From Candidatus Altimarinota bacterium (GTDB lineage: Bacteria; Patescibacteriota; Gracilibacteria; JBDHUY01), in NCBI GenBank assembly GCA_039809385.1, contig JBDHUY010000006.1, forward strand, positions 1-64,000: a stretch of 64,000 bases of DNA. The letters run 5' to 3'. The notes beneath the pieces are model-generated. The model searched no databases, was not told where the DNA came from, and saw nothing but the letters and a program-made list of their open reading frames with translations. The translations under genes and the position numbers were made by a program. This document shows positions 10,299-20,277 of this stretch, piece by piece (the first letter of the stretch is position 1; every line of letters starts with the position of its first letter).

Positions 10299-11135
10299 CT
10301 ACAACGCCGCCTTGATTTTGTCGATCTGGTCGTGGTAGCTCATCTGTTCCATCGGCGTCTCCAGCACCATGGGCAGACTGTTTTTTTCGGCATAGCGGAC
10401 CACGTTCATGATCCCGTCCATACCGATCTGTCCGAAACCGATATCCTCATGCCGGTCGCGCCGGGATCCCAACTCTTTTTTCGAATCGTTTAAATGAAAC
10501 AGCGCCAGTTTGTCGAGACCGATATGCGCGTCAAAAGCACTTAGCGTTTCTGCAAACCCATCTGGTGTTCTTAGTTCATACCCGGCGTTAAAGGCATGAC
10601 AGGTGTCTAGACACACACGCACGCGCGGGTGATCGATGCGCTTCACCAGCAAGCCCAGTTCTTCAAACCGATAGCCTACTTCGGTGCCCTGTCCGGCGGT
10701 ATTTTCCAGACAGATCCAGGTCGATTTGTCGGAAGTTTTTTGGATCACATACTCAATATTCTGAACAATGTTGGTATACGCCTCTTCGTCTCCCAAACCG
10801 GTCTTGCGACCGATATGCAAGACTACGGCTTGGCCCCCTACCGCATCGATACGGTTAATATCATCGATCAACGATTCGTTCGGCCACGGATCGGATTCGA
10901 ACGATTGGGCAAAATTTAACAAATACGAACAATGGGCCGCGCAAAAGAAATGGTGCTCTTGTTGAAACTCCTGACATCGTGCTATATCTGCCGGATCAAG
11001 CGATTTACTTTGTCGTCCGCGCGGATTTTTGGTAAATATCTGGAGCGCATTGGCATTTAGTTCATTCAGTGTATCTTCATAGGATCGGGATATCCCTTTG
11101 GAAATCGACATATGCGAACCAAGCATGAGAGACAT
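10299..11135 (-). CDS. nfo: Endonuclease IV
   Basis: LGSHMSI, QIFTKNPR, LENTAGQG, CLDTCH, HLNDSK, DRHEDIG, LETP. Confidence 0.95.
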   Translation of the reverse strand: MSLMLGSHMSISKGISRSYEDTLNELNANALQIFTKNPRGRQSKSLDPADIARCQEFQQEHHFFCAAHCSYLLNFAQSFESDPWPNESLIDDINRIDAVGGQAVVLHIGRKTGLGDEEAYTNIVQNIEYVIQKTSDKSTWICLENTAGQGTEVGYRFEELGLLVKRIDHPRVRVCLDTCHAFNAGYELRTPDGFAETLSAFDAHIGLDKLALFHLNDSKKELGSRRDRHEDIGFGQIGMDGIMNVVRYAEKNSLPMVLETPMEQMSYHDQIDKIKAAL

Positions 11136-11203
11136 ACAGGGGATAATTTTGAAATAAGTATTTTACACGGGTAGTGTAAAACTTGTCCTTGACTTAATCA
11201 AGG

Positions 11204-11416
11204 ATGCAAAATTTTGAGAACGCAGGACGAATGCATGAAAAGTTAAAAAATATTAAAATCTGTACTTTGGTGTACTTTGGCACTTCCCCCGACTTCTGGC
11301 CGAATTTGCAAAACAGGTTTGATCTGGAAAGAACAGTGCAACAATGGCAAAAAGATAAGAACAACGCTAAGCTATTCAAAGAGCTTGTCGGGATGCGCAA
11401 CGTATCGGCGGCATAA
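11204..11416 (+). CDS. Small hypothetical protein
   Basis: 70-aa ORF filling the gap between nfo and the reductase gene. Confidence 0.35.
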   Translation: MQNFENAGRMHEKLKNIKICTLVYFGTSPDFWPNLQNRFDLERTVQQWQKDKNNAKLFKELVGMRNVSAA

Positions 11417-11517
11417 TTCTTTGGGAAAGAACCGTACATATACTCATTTTATCCGGATCTGTCCCTGCATTTTGAGATTTGGTCCGCCTCGGCGGATTGA
11501 ACTTTGTCATTACCTCG

Positions 11518-12216
11518 CTAGAGGTTATTGTATTTTTCGTAAAAAATCTTTTCCTTGGGGACACCGGCATTGAGCGCGATCTGTTCTATCTCGTTCACCA
11601 TCGAGCCGTTGCCACAGATAAAAATGTGTTTGTCACGCATGAGACCTGGTTCAGCTCGCAGGTGTACGGTAACCCGGCCAACGCTCCCGGACCAATCAGG
11701 CGTAGTGGCCTGAGACAGCGTGGGAATGAAAGAAAAACGCGGGTATTGTTGCACCCATCCATTCAACAGATCCATATAACAAACATTGCCTTCGTGGCGA
11801 AACCCGAGATACAGTGTCACCTTTTTTTCAGTCTGCGTGAGCAACTGGTGGATCATGGGAATAAAGGGAGCGATGCCTGTTCCGGTGGCCAAAAAAAGAG
11901 AATCTTGCGGTTCGGCAGGCAAAACAAACCGTCCTAACGGGCCCAGATATTCGATTTCCTCGCCCGCGGGGAGATGATCGACGTACTCGGACGCCAAGCC
12001 GCCGGGAATGATTTTGATGATCAGGATAATGTTCTTTTCACCCAGTGGGGATGCGATCGAAAACGACCTTCCCATTTTTTTTCCGTCGGGTGTAGGGGCC
12101 AGAATTGTAATATACTGACCCGGCTTGAAAGAAAAAGGTTCGGAAGGTTGCAAGATCAATTCGCGTTTATCATCTGCCACGTATTCGTTTTTAATGACAA
12201 CAGCACGATGAATCAT
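11518..12216 (-). CDS. FAD/NAD(P)-binding oxidoreductase (ferredoxin-NADP reductase family)
   Basis: FKPGQY, RSFSIAS, GGLAS, GPLGRF, ATGTGIAPF, ICGNGSM. Confidence 0.9.
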   Translation of the reverse strand: MIHRAVVIKNEYVADDKRELILQPSEPFSFKPGQYITILAPTPDGKKMGRSFSIASPLGEKNIILIIKIIPGGLASEYVDHLPAGEEIEYLGPLGRFVLPAEPQDSLFLATGTGIAPFIPMIHQLLTQTEKKVTLYLGFRHEGNVCYMDLLNGWVQQYPRFSFIPTLSQATTPDWSGSVGRVTVHLRAEPGLMRDKHIFICGNGSMVNEIEQIALNAGVPKEKIFYEKYNNL

Positions 12217-12389
12217 AAGAAATAAGCCAAAAATAGAATCTTGGGATTATTGTAGACGGAAAAAAGAAAAAGACAATTTTTTTGAGAAGTTGATAGCATA
12301 TATTTACAACAATCATATGTTGACATATTTGAACTTCAACATAGAATGGGACAAGCTATTCCTTGTATTATCCAATATCCTTAAGCTTC

Positions 12390-13478
12390 ATGAAATCTCG
12401 AAATAGAGGAGCTGAAAGATTATCTCCCAGAAAACCAAAATTACGAGAGAATAACAATATAACTTTTTCAAAAGAGGTCTTTTTAAATTCTCAACGAGTC
12501 CTTGTTTTAGTCGCTTTCCTCCTTATAGGCGGTGGCGGATTGTACTGGTTTTCTAAGGAGGATAAAGATACGTCCCATTCACAAAATCCGGTTATTCAGC
12601 AAAAAGGGCATTCAGACATACCTGTACCTCAAGAGAAACCACCAATCGAAACTTCTGAGAATTTTATACCTCCGGCCAATATCGAAAAAATGGAACAACT
12701 TATCCCTGAATTAGAGAAAGGATTTGCTATTTTCGAGAAGGATATTATCACCAAAATCAAAACAAAGAATTTAGGATATGGTGATCAGTTATTAATGGCG
12801 TTTAAACTTATGAAGCACAATAGGGATGCTAATAAAAATAGAAATGGCCCTGGTGAAGTATCAAAGCATAAAAATTTACCTGCCGATACTCGCGGGACTC
12901 TCGAAGATCCGAGTTTTTTCTTTTATAGTTTTAACCCGAATGGTAACAATTTCATTGCCACATTCAGTCCGCTTGATCGCATGATTAACTTACAAGAAAA
13001 TTACGATCCGAAAAACCTATTTCACAATCTAGTTTTGTATCATGAGTTGAATCATGCATATGATGATCTTGCCTGGAGAAATACGCTAACGGATCAGGCC
13101 AAGGTAGAAACGTACATTGATTTTCATCAATCATCAAAGTTGATGATCAATAGCGAGTTCCGTGCCTACGCAGCAGAGTGTGAGTTGCTGAACATTCTAA
13201 CCGAGAGATACATAGAGGATACTGCTCTATCTAGTCAAAAATTCGATATAGAAAAAATATTACAACAACTGAAAGCGACAGAAAAAGATAAAGCTTTTTT
13301 GGAATCTCTACTCATGATAGCCCGGGCTTATTTCCTGACCAAAAATGGACGAGTAATGTCTAATGACGATAATTTTGAAAGGCTAATTGCCAAAATTTAT
13401 AGTAACCAAATAAAAAACGTGCAGTTAGTATGGGTAAAGATTCAAGATGGCCAGGTTACTACCCAGTCTTATCCTTAA
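12390..13478 (+). CDS. Membrane-anchored hypothetical protein with HExxH motif
   Basis: One N-terminal TM segment; LYHELNH followed by a downstream SEFRAY glutamate; own promoter TTGACA..TAGAAT at about 12320-12347. Confidence 0.7.
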   Translation: MKSRNRGAERLSPRKPKLRENNNITFSKEVFLNSQRVLVLVAFLLIGGGGLYWFSKEDKDTSHSQNPVIQQKGHSDIPVPQEKPPIETSENFIPPANIEKMEQLIPELEKGFAIFEKDIITKIKTKNLGYGDQLLMAFKLMKHNRDANKNRNGPGEVSKHKNLPADTRGTLEDPSFFFYSFNPNGNNFIATFSPLDRMINLQENYDPKNLFHNLVLYHELNHAYDDLAWRNTLTDQAKVETYIDFHQSSKLMINSEFRAYAAECELLNILTERYIEDTALSSQKFDIEKILQQLKATEKDKAFLESLLMIARAYFLTKNGRVMSNDDNFERLIAKIYSNQIKNVQLVWVKIQDGQVTTQSYP

Positions 13479-13518
13479 GTGACGCTTCTTGAAAAATATT
13501 GTTGGCACCAGGGCGGAT

Positions 13519-13938
13519 CTACTTTCTGGTCTCTTTACGACTCTCCCAATACCGGCTGTACACATAATTTCCCGCATGAAACACCACCGGCGAAAAGACG
13601 GTCAGAAATCCTTCGATCGCCTTATTGTTGGAAATGAGATAGACGCCCAGAGTCATCAGAAGTAACGTCAGGACAAACGCAAAAATCATCCCAGCGCGTT
13701 CATGCACGATACGCGCCAGCACGATCTTTTGCTGCATATCCATCTGTTCCTTCTCCATAGCATGCCGATGCGCAGATTGTTTCTCCGCCATCGCCAAAAT
13801 CCGATCCGCCGCATTGCTGATAATACGATTATATTTTTCCAGCAGCTCGGGCGGAGGCAGCGGTCCAGAAAAAACAATACCTTTCTTGGTATCACCTTTG
13901 GGTTTCCTTCCAGATGATTTAACCTCTTCTCCTTCCAT
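13519..13938 (-). CDS. DUF2335 membrane protein
   Basis: FSGPLPPPELLEKY...AADRILAMAEKQSAHR plus two C-terminal TM segments. Confidence 0.85.
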   Translation of the reverse strand: MEGEEVKSSGRKPKGDTKKGIVFSGPLPPPELLEKYNRIISNAADRILAMAEKQSAHRHAMEKEQMDMQQKIVLARIVHERAGMIFAFVLTLLLMTLGVYLISNNKAIEGFLTVFSPVVFHAGNYVYSRYWESRKETRK

Positions 13939-13955
13939 GAAACTTCAATGAGAGA

Positions 13956-14165
13956 TTAGCCCTTTCGTTTAAAGTCCCGCATAGCCAATGCGATATCGCG
14001 CCCGACGGTTTGCCAATCCTGTGACAAAGAGATTTCGTCTTTTTTCGAAGCGATCTTCTGCGGAGCATATACAAGCGGCATACTGTATTCGCGCAGGTAG
14101 GAAAACATATCGAAAACCCGACTCATGCCGTTCAGAAAATCCCGGATTGCTTCTTTGAATTTCAT
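13956..14165 (-). CDS. Small protein, likely partner of DUF2335
   Basis: MKFKEAIRDFLNGMSRVFD...LSQDWQTVGRDIALAM directly upstream of the DUF2335 gene. Confidence 0.6.
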   Translation of the reverse strand: MKFKEAIRDFLNGMSRVFDMFSYLREYSMPLVYAPQKIASKKDEISLSQDWQTVGRDIALAMRDFKRKG

Positions 14166-14308
14166 AAGAGCCTGGAACAAGAGGTAGTTGATCTGGCTAT
14201 AGAGTACAATACCCCAAGACAAAACGCAACTTTTTGGGAGTCCCTTTACACTTGTAACCAAATTCTTTAATCTACTGGCACGTTTATTTACCCCGCAGCC
14301 CCCGTATC

Positions 14309-15733
14309 ATGGAAGCAGAACGATTGAAGCAGCTTTGGGAACAGATCCTGACCGCGATCGTACAAAGAAGTAAACGCAGCAAGTTTGTTACCTGGTTCAA
14401 AAATACAGCCCTTTTGAGGCTGGACGGAACCACCGCGATCATCGGCGCGCCCAACCCGTTTACCCACGAAACACTGGTAAGAGAATACCGCGATATTACT
14501 CAGGAAGAAGTTCGCAAATTATTGCCGGAGGTAGAAAAAATAGAATTTGTAGTAGACGGTTCTCTTCATGCAAAAGACAGCCGCATCGTCAACGTAGACA
14601 AAATAGGTGAGGAGCATAAACGGAAAACCGATACCGCACGCGAAGTCACGTTGGTAGAGGGGCTCAGTACCAAAGTTCTTAACCCGGACTATACCCTGGA
14701 TAATTTCGTGATCGGTCCGGATAATCAACTCGCCCATGCGGCAGCTGTGGCAGTAGCCCGAAAACCGGGACATGCCTATAACCCGCTGTTTGTCTACGGA
14801 GGAGTAGGACTGGGAAAGACCCATTTGCTCCAGGCTGTCGGGAACGAGATTTTAAAGAAGAATTCGAAGAAAAAAATCATCTATGTTACCTCGGAACGTT
14901 TTACCAATGAAGTCATAACGGCCATCCGAAGCCGAAAAAACGAACAATTGCGCGAAACCTACCGACAAGTAGACCTCCTGATTATCGACGATATTCAGTT
15001 TCTGGAACACAAAGAACAGACGCAGGTCGAGTTTTTTCATACGTTCAATACCCTGTATGAAGCCAAAAAACAAATTATTATCAGCAGCGACCGTCCGCCC
15101 CAGGATCTGGACTCGCTGGAGCCGCGTTTACGATCGCGTTTCGAATGGGGTATGATGGTCGACATCGGCTTTCCCGATTTCGAGACCCGGGTAGCTATTT
15201 TACAAACGAAATGCCAGCAAAAAGGTATTTTCATTTCTCAAGATGTTTTAAGCTTTATCGCTTCGAACGTGACTGAGAGCGTGCGGGAGTTGGAAGGAGT
15301 ATTACACCAGGCTACCGGACTCTATGAACTGCGCCATATCACCCCAACCATAAAAACCGTGGCACCGATGCTGCAAAAACTGCATCCCGGCAAACCGTTG
15401 ATCGGCATTTCCAATCAACAACCCGGGAGAAATGCTAATGGGGCTCAGAATATTGAGAGTCTGGTAAAAAACGTGGCCGATTATTACAAACTGTTTGTAG
15501 AAGACTTGCTGGGAGAAAACCGGCGCGCAGACATCTCCCTGGCCCGCCAGGTAGCTATGTTTCTTGCAAAAAAGCACCTCGGACTGACCTACCAAGCTAT
15601 AGGAGCGTATTTCAGCGGCCGCAATCATACGACCGTAATGCACGCATGTGAGAAAGTCGCGACAGAAATGGAGAAGAATCAGACGTTAAAACGCGATACA
15701 AACGCTTTACTTCACGAAATGGGTGTGTTATAA
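14309..15733 (+). CDS. dnaA: Chromosomal replication initiator DnaA
   Basis: YNPLFVYGGVGLGKTHL, IDDIQF, FFHTFN, RLRSRFEWG, RELEG, GRNHTTV. Confidence 0.98.
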   Translation: MEAERLKQLWEQILTAIVQRSKRSKFVTWFKNTALLRLDGTTAIIGAPNPFTHETLVREYRDITQEEVRKLLPEVEKIEFVVDGSLHAKDSRIVNVDKIGEEHKRKTDTAREVTLVEGLSTKVLNPDYTLDNFVIGPDNQLAHAAAVAVARKPGHAYNPLFVYGGVGLGKTHLLQAVGNEILKKNSKKKIIYVTSERFTNEVITAIRSRKNEQLRETYRQVDLLIIDDIQFLEHKEQTQVEFFHTFNTLYEAKKQIIISSDRPPQDLDSLEPRLRSRFEWGMMVDIGFPDFETRVAILQTKCQQKGIFISQDVLSFIASNVTESVRELEGVLHQATGLYELRHITPTIKTVAPMLQKLHPGKPLIGISNQQPGRNANGAQNIESLVKNVADYYKLFVEDLLGENRRADISLARQVAMFLAKKHLGLTYQAIGAYFSGRNHTTVMHACEKVATEMEKNQTLKRDTNALLHEMGVL

Positions 15734-15895
15734 GGGACGGGAAGGCAGCGGACAGTATAAGGTTAAATATCACGTATAACACAAGCTGACCTTTGCAACC
15801 CTTTATCCTAAGCAAGCACTGAATCTAACCAAGGTTGACTTTTGATGCTTTCGCTTTGCTCAGCACAAGCTTTTGACTTTTGACTTATCCCTGCC

Positions 15896-17377
15896 ATGTA
15901 CAGCCGAGAAAGACGCATTCGTAAAAAAAAGCTATCGTTCGTTTTGCCTCTCTTGATCGCCGCCCTCGTCGTCGTGGGAGCTATTTTCCTGTTACGCTGG
16001 ATCTTTCAGCCTGGGACACAGCCGACACCGAATAATCAGCCTGTAGCCAGTTTTTTTCTTTCCAGCGGCAAAGCCCGGGTGCTGCTCCCCAGCGGCACGA
16101 GCTATTCGGTCGAAGCCGATCCCACTCCTACGTCTTTAAACGTAGGCGAGGGACTCGAATCGATCGGAGATACGCGGATAGAGGTAACACTGCAAGACGG
16201 ATCGATTGTGCGTCTTGACGGAAACAGTGCGCTAAAATTGGACACATACCAAACCAGCAACAATAAAAAACAGATCGCACTCAGCCTGGACAGAGGCGCG
16301 GCTTGGGTTAAAACTGCCGGCTCATCGCTCGATTTTCTGACGGTAAAAGGGAAAAACTCGCAGATAACAGCCAAACAATCGGCCGTATTCGCGATAAATA
16401 GGGAGAGCGACACAGATACATATCGCGGTATTCAAAATACGGTAGAAGTTCGCGTATTTGACCAAACAGCGGACAAGACGGTGGGAGAAGTTTATAATCT
16501 CGGCCTCGGCCAGCAAATCGAAGTTACCGGAGAGACCGTAGCAGCACTCAAAAGCGGAAATACCATGCAACTGCTCAACCTTCTGGATGAGTCGTTTCGA
16601 TCTTCGGCTTGGTACAAGTATAATACGGCGCGCGACAACAACGATACACCGGTCAACGGCAGTACAACAAACAATTCCTCAGTAGAAGAGAATCAGAATG
16701 AAAGCACCAATCCTGGAGGCGACGAAAGCGTCATAGAGACAACTTCCGACGGTCCGACGGTCAAAGTGACAAGTTTTACAGCAGGCGATACGGTCACAAC
16801 GTCTCCCATAACGCTGCGGGGTACCGTTTCCAAAGACGCGGTCAAGGTAGTGGTCGACGATTATATTTTGCAAAAATATGTTCCCGGCAGCGGTACCTGG
16901 TATTATATCGCTTCAGCAACGTCCGGCGGCAATTTGTTTAAGGGTAAGAATATTTTTAAGATGTATGCGATTGACGGGAACGGCAAAAAAGGTCCGGTAC
17001 TGGAATTTCCGCTTACCTACAATCCTAACGCCAATACTTCGACCGCTACTACGTCATCCACGGGCAGCCTCAAAGCGCCTGGGATCAGTACTAACAGCGG
17101 CAAAAGCTATGCAACTTCCGAGGCCAAGATCGATTTGAAAGGAACCATCGACAGTAGTGTCCAAAAAGTATTTGTAAACGGCTATCAATTGCAAAAGTAC
17201 ACACCGGGCAGCGGCACGTGGCTCTACTATGCCTATGAAGAATACGGGACGCTGAAAGCCGGTAACAACACCTTTTCGGTTTATGGCGTAGACGCGGGGG
17301 GCAAAAAAACGCCTACCGCTTCGATCACCATAACCTACACCAAAAGCAGCACGGGCAGCGGCACGACTACGCCATAA
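15896..17377 (+). CDS. Membrane-anchored FecR-domain protein with two C-terminal Ig-like repeats
   Basis: TM segment, then LQDGSIVRLDGNS...LDRGAAWV; repeats YILQKYVPGSGTWYY and YQLQKYTPGSGTWLY. Confidence 0.8.
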   Translation: MYSRERRIRKKKLSFVLPLLIAALVVVGAIFLLRWIFQPGTQPTPNNQPVASFFLSSGKARVLLPSGTSYSVEADPTPTSLNVGEGLESIGDTRIEVTLQDGSIVRLDGNSALKLDTYQTSNNKKQIALSLDRGAAWVKTAGSSLDFLTVKGKNSQITAKQSAVFAINRESDTDTYRGIQNTVEVRVFDQTADKTVGEVYNLGLGQQIEVTGETVAALKSGNTMQLLNLLDESFRSSAWYKYNTARDNNDTPVNGSTTNNSSVEENQNESTNPGGDESVIETTSDGPTVKVTSFTAGDTVTTSPITLRGTVSKDAVKVVVDDYILQKYVPGSGTWYYIASATSGGNLFKGKNIFKMYAIDGNGKKGPVLEFPLTYNPNANTSTATTSSTGSLKAPGISTNSGKSYATSEAKIDLKGTIDSSVQKVFVNGYQLQKYTPGSGTWLYYAYEEYGTLKAGNNTFSVYGVDAGGKKTPTASITITYTKSSTGSGTTTP

Positions 17378-17801
17378 ATTGTCATTATGAGAATATACAT
17401 TCCTTGAAAGTAAGTTGCTTTTAGATGAATCCTTAAAGACCCTTTAGAGCAAATCCTGGTGGGGGGAGGAATGTGAATTGAGTTGTCATAAAGATTTCTT
17501 CCTTTTAGTGTACTCTTTGCAAGTGCTTACGCTCCTTTAATATGACGAACAACTAGCAGGTTCAGTTTTCCCAAAAACCGAATCTTGTGTTTTTCGGGTC
17601 GAAAGATAGCCGGTTAAGATGAAGAAAACGGCAAGGAGCGTGTTTTAAAAATGCGCTCCAGCGATAAGAATATGCAACGCTTTTTTATAAAGATTACAAG
17701 AAACATTGAAGAAAAGGTACTGGCAAAGAGGAATTATCGGCAAAACAAAACAGATGTGTACCCTGCTTTTAGGGGATCAAAGTATCGAAAGAATTCTTGA
17801 A

Positions 17802-18227
17802 TCAATAGCCCTTGTCGTAATTTTCTTTGATCCGGCGAAACAGCTCGTCCTTGACACCTTGATCTTGAAAAAATCCCATTTTGAGCAATTCCTGAAAATC
17901 GTCTTTATGTAAAACGAGTGTCGTAACGTCATCCAGTGCTTTGACCGAGGCGGTCCGGGCTTCGGAGGTGATCAGAGAGATTTCGCCAAAGAACATCCCG
18001 GCTTCCAGTGTAGCGATCTGTTTGTCTCCTTTAAAAACGCCGACCGTTCCTTTTTCGATAATATACAAACGACGGCCTTCGCTCCCTTCGTGTAAGATGA
18101 CTTCGTCCTTCTCAAACGGCAATTCCATCATTTTTTCGGCGATATGTTGCTTTACTTCATCGCTGTAGTGAGAGAAAAAAGGAATCTTTTCCAGAATCGC
18201 CAGATTGTCTTGGATACGATCGCGCAT
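17802..18227 (-). CDS. Stand-alone cyclic-nucleotide-binding domain protein
   Basis: LYIIEKGTV...FFGEISLITSEARTASVKA phosphate-binding cassette. Confidence 0.9.
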   Translation of the reverse strand: MRDRIQDNLAILEKIPFFSHYSDEVKQHIAEKMMELPFEKDEVILHEGSEGRRLYIIEKGTVGVFKGDKQIATLEAGMFFGEISLITSEARTASVKALDDVTTLVLHKDDFQELLKMGFFQDQGVKDELFRRIKENYDKGY

Positions 18228-18470
18228 GAGAGAAGCGGTAAAAAGAGATAGAGATCGCAGAAGCATTTCCATCTTACCCGGCGTAACGAAAAAAGCAACA
18301 GACAGTGCGGTGATACCAAGTTTAAAAAAAGATACTCTCTCGATACATAGAGTATACGTTTTGATCTTTGATATTGGGATTTCTTTTCGTGTTTGATATT
18401 TGAACTCTGATCTTTCCCCTGACTCTACTATTACATAGACTCGAAATCAGAGGAACACGAAAGCAGTTCT

Positions 18471-19781
18471 CTATGAGGAAGCCAGCTGATCCAGGAGGGA
18501 TTTTTCAAGTTTCTCCTCGACCTCCTGTTCGGAAATCAAGGGCGCGTCCGGGTGCAAAGGCTGTTGGACAACCGGCACAGAAGATCCGGACTGAACCGAA
18601 CTCATTTGGGGCGATATGCCGAGACGATTGGATTGATATTCCCGAAATAATGTTACGACCCGGGCTTCGCTATCGGAAAGAGATTCGGAAACGACCGCGG
18701 TGAATTCGTCCACATTAACTGTCCCACCGACGAGATTAAGCAGACTGAACGGATCGATACTGGGATTTAGCACTTTTAAAAAAACATGGACCCGCTTGGC
18801 GGGATCTTCAAAGAAAAGTGTTATGATTTCGGCACCGGGAGCATTGACCATCAGATTTTCCATCAACTGCAACATATCATTCTGCAGATGTTTCGTATCG
18901 CGGCCGTCACGCACAGAAACTGACGACCACAGCATGCGAAATAAAGGATCGTTTTTTACATTCCCCAAAATTTTTCCCCACAATTTTAACGTTTCCAGTT
19001 TCTTGGTCTTATAGATATTTTTGATAATCTCCTGCTGCCGTGCACCCAGTCCGATCAATTTGGAGGCGCTGGCAAAAGCCTTGGGAGTGGTATTTGGATT
19101 CTGAAAACTGCCGGTATCGACGATAATACCGGTAAGCAGCAACGTCGCCAGATCTTCGTCGAACAGATCTTTTTGCGGAAAATGTTGAAACAATTGCATC
19201 AGGATTTCGGCTGTGGACGAAGCGGTAATATCGACCAGATTGATTTTGCCGAAATAGGTATTGTGGACTTTATGATCGATATTGAGCAATGGAACATGAA
19301 AAAACATGTCGATATTGTTATCGTACACTGGGCCGAGCGATTCCAGATCGGGTGAATCGAGGACGACCACCAGATCGTAGGACTGGTAACGTTTGTTAAA
19401 AGAAACATCTTTGTTGGTAATGTCTCCTTTTTTGGGAGTAATGAAAATATTGATTTTTTCATTTTCGATAGTATAGCGAATACTGTCTATTTCGGCCCCT
19501 TTGCATCCGATCGAAAAAACCACATCCTGGGTCGCGGAGAGAGACTGTCCTACGGCTTCGTGCATCGGCAGAAACTGGAACACTTCCGGCACCGGATCTT
19601 CGCACACTGCGGTCACGTTTTTTCCCATTTTTTTCAAGACGGAATAGAGCGCGATAGTACTGGAAAGCGCGTCTCCGTCGATCTTCTTATGCGTGAGAAT
19701 CAAAATATTTTCGGCCCGGAGTAACCACGAAACACTTTGCGAAAACGGATCTTTTATAGATTGCATGATAGATTTAGACAA
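18471..19781 (-). CDS. DHH-family phosphoesterase (NrnA-like)
   Basis: THKKIDGDA, VVLD, NIDHK, ASSTAE, DTGSF. Confidence 0.85.
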   Translation of the reverse strand: MSKSIMQSIKDPFSQSVSWLLRAENILILTHKKIDGDALSSTIALYSVLKKMGKNVTAVCEDPVPEVFQFLPMHEAVGQSLSATQDVVFSIGCKGAEIDSIRYTIENEKINIFITPKKGDITNKDVSFNKRYQSYDLVVVLDSPDLESLGPVYDNNIDMFFHVPLLNIDHKVHNTYFGKINLVDITASSTAEILMQLFQHFPQKDLFDEDLATLLLTGIIVDTGSFQNPNTTPKAFASASKLIGLGARQQEIIKNIYKTKKLETLKLWGKILGNVKNDPLFRMLWSSVSVRDGRDTKHLQNDMLQLMENLMVNAPGAEIITLFFEDPAKRVHVFLKVLNPSIDPFSLLNLVGGTVNVDEFTAVVSESLSDSEARVVTLFREYQSNRLGISPQMSSVQSGSSVPVVQQPLHPDAPLISEQEVEEKLEKSLLDQLASS

Positions 19782-19906
19782 AGGAGAAATGGAATAATCA
19801 TATAACTATAAAATATAAAACTCTTTACGTCAATACATTTATTGCCCCGCCGGTTAGAAGCAGTCCCCTACCTTACTCTTTTCGGGTCTTTTGTACAAGG
19901 GTTTGT

Positions 19907-19935
19907 TTGACACGACAAAACGCTTTCTTTATCCT
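19907..19935 (+). promoter_or_regulatory. Sigma70 promoter upstream of putative 6S RNA and rny
   Basis: TTGACA (19907-12), 17-nt spacer, TATCCT (19930-35). Confidence 0.6.
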
Positions 19936-19958
19936 ATATAGTAGAAAGATTTAATAAA

Positions 19959-20139
19959 TGAGAATCTTTTCGACCGACAATCGTTCGGATGTTGTACGAA
20001 TCATTTATTCAGTTAACACTTTTATTTTATTTTTTTGATCTTGGTCTTTTGGAGAGGCTTATCGATGAAAAATCAGCGTATCTTGTCAATCGCGGCGCCG
20101 TCAGATTCTTTCCTGTTTGGACACCTGGAGAGATTCTTA
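19959..20139 (+). ncRNA. ssrS: Probable 6S RNA
   Basis: About 181-nt rod: TGAGAATCTTTTC (19959-71) pairs fully, with G-U, to GGAGAGATTCTTA (20127-39); inner helices, a large A/U-rich central bubble and an apical stem; located just upstream of rny. Confidence 0.55.
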
Positions 20140-20277
20140 AACGGTTCTGCTTACCAGCATTGGAAACTGAATCATATTTACAATCAGCAGTGCTCTAGCC
20201 CCGTGCGTCAAGTACGAGATGTTTTCATACCGCTTTTTCAAAACAACAGACTAAGAACATAGTCTCTTTTATCTTTT

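Noticed and set aside
13519-14165. Prophage remnant
   Set aside because: Only the DUF2335 pair is present; no integrase, structural genes or att sites.
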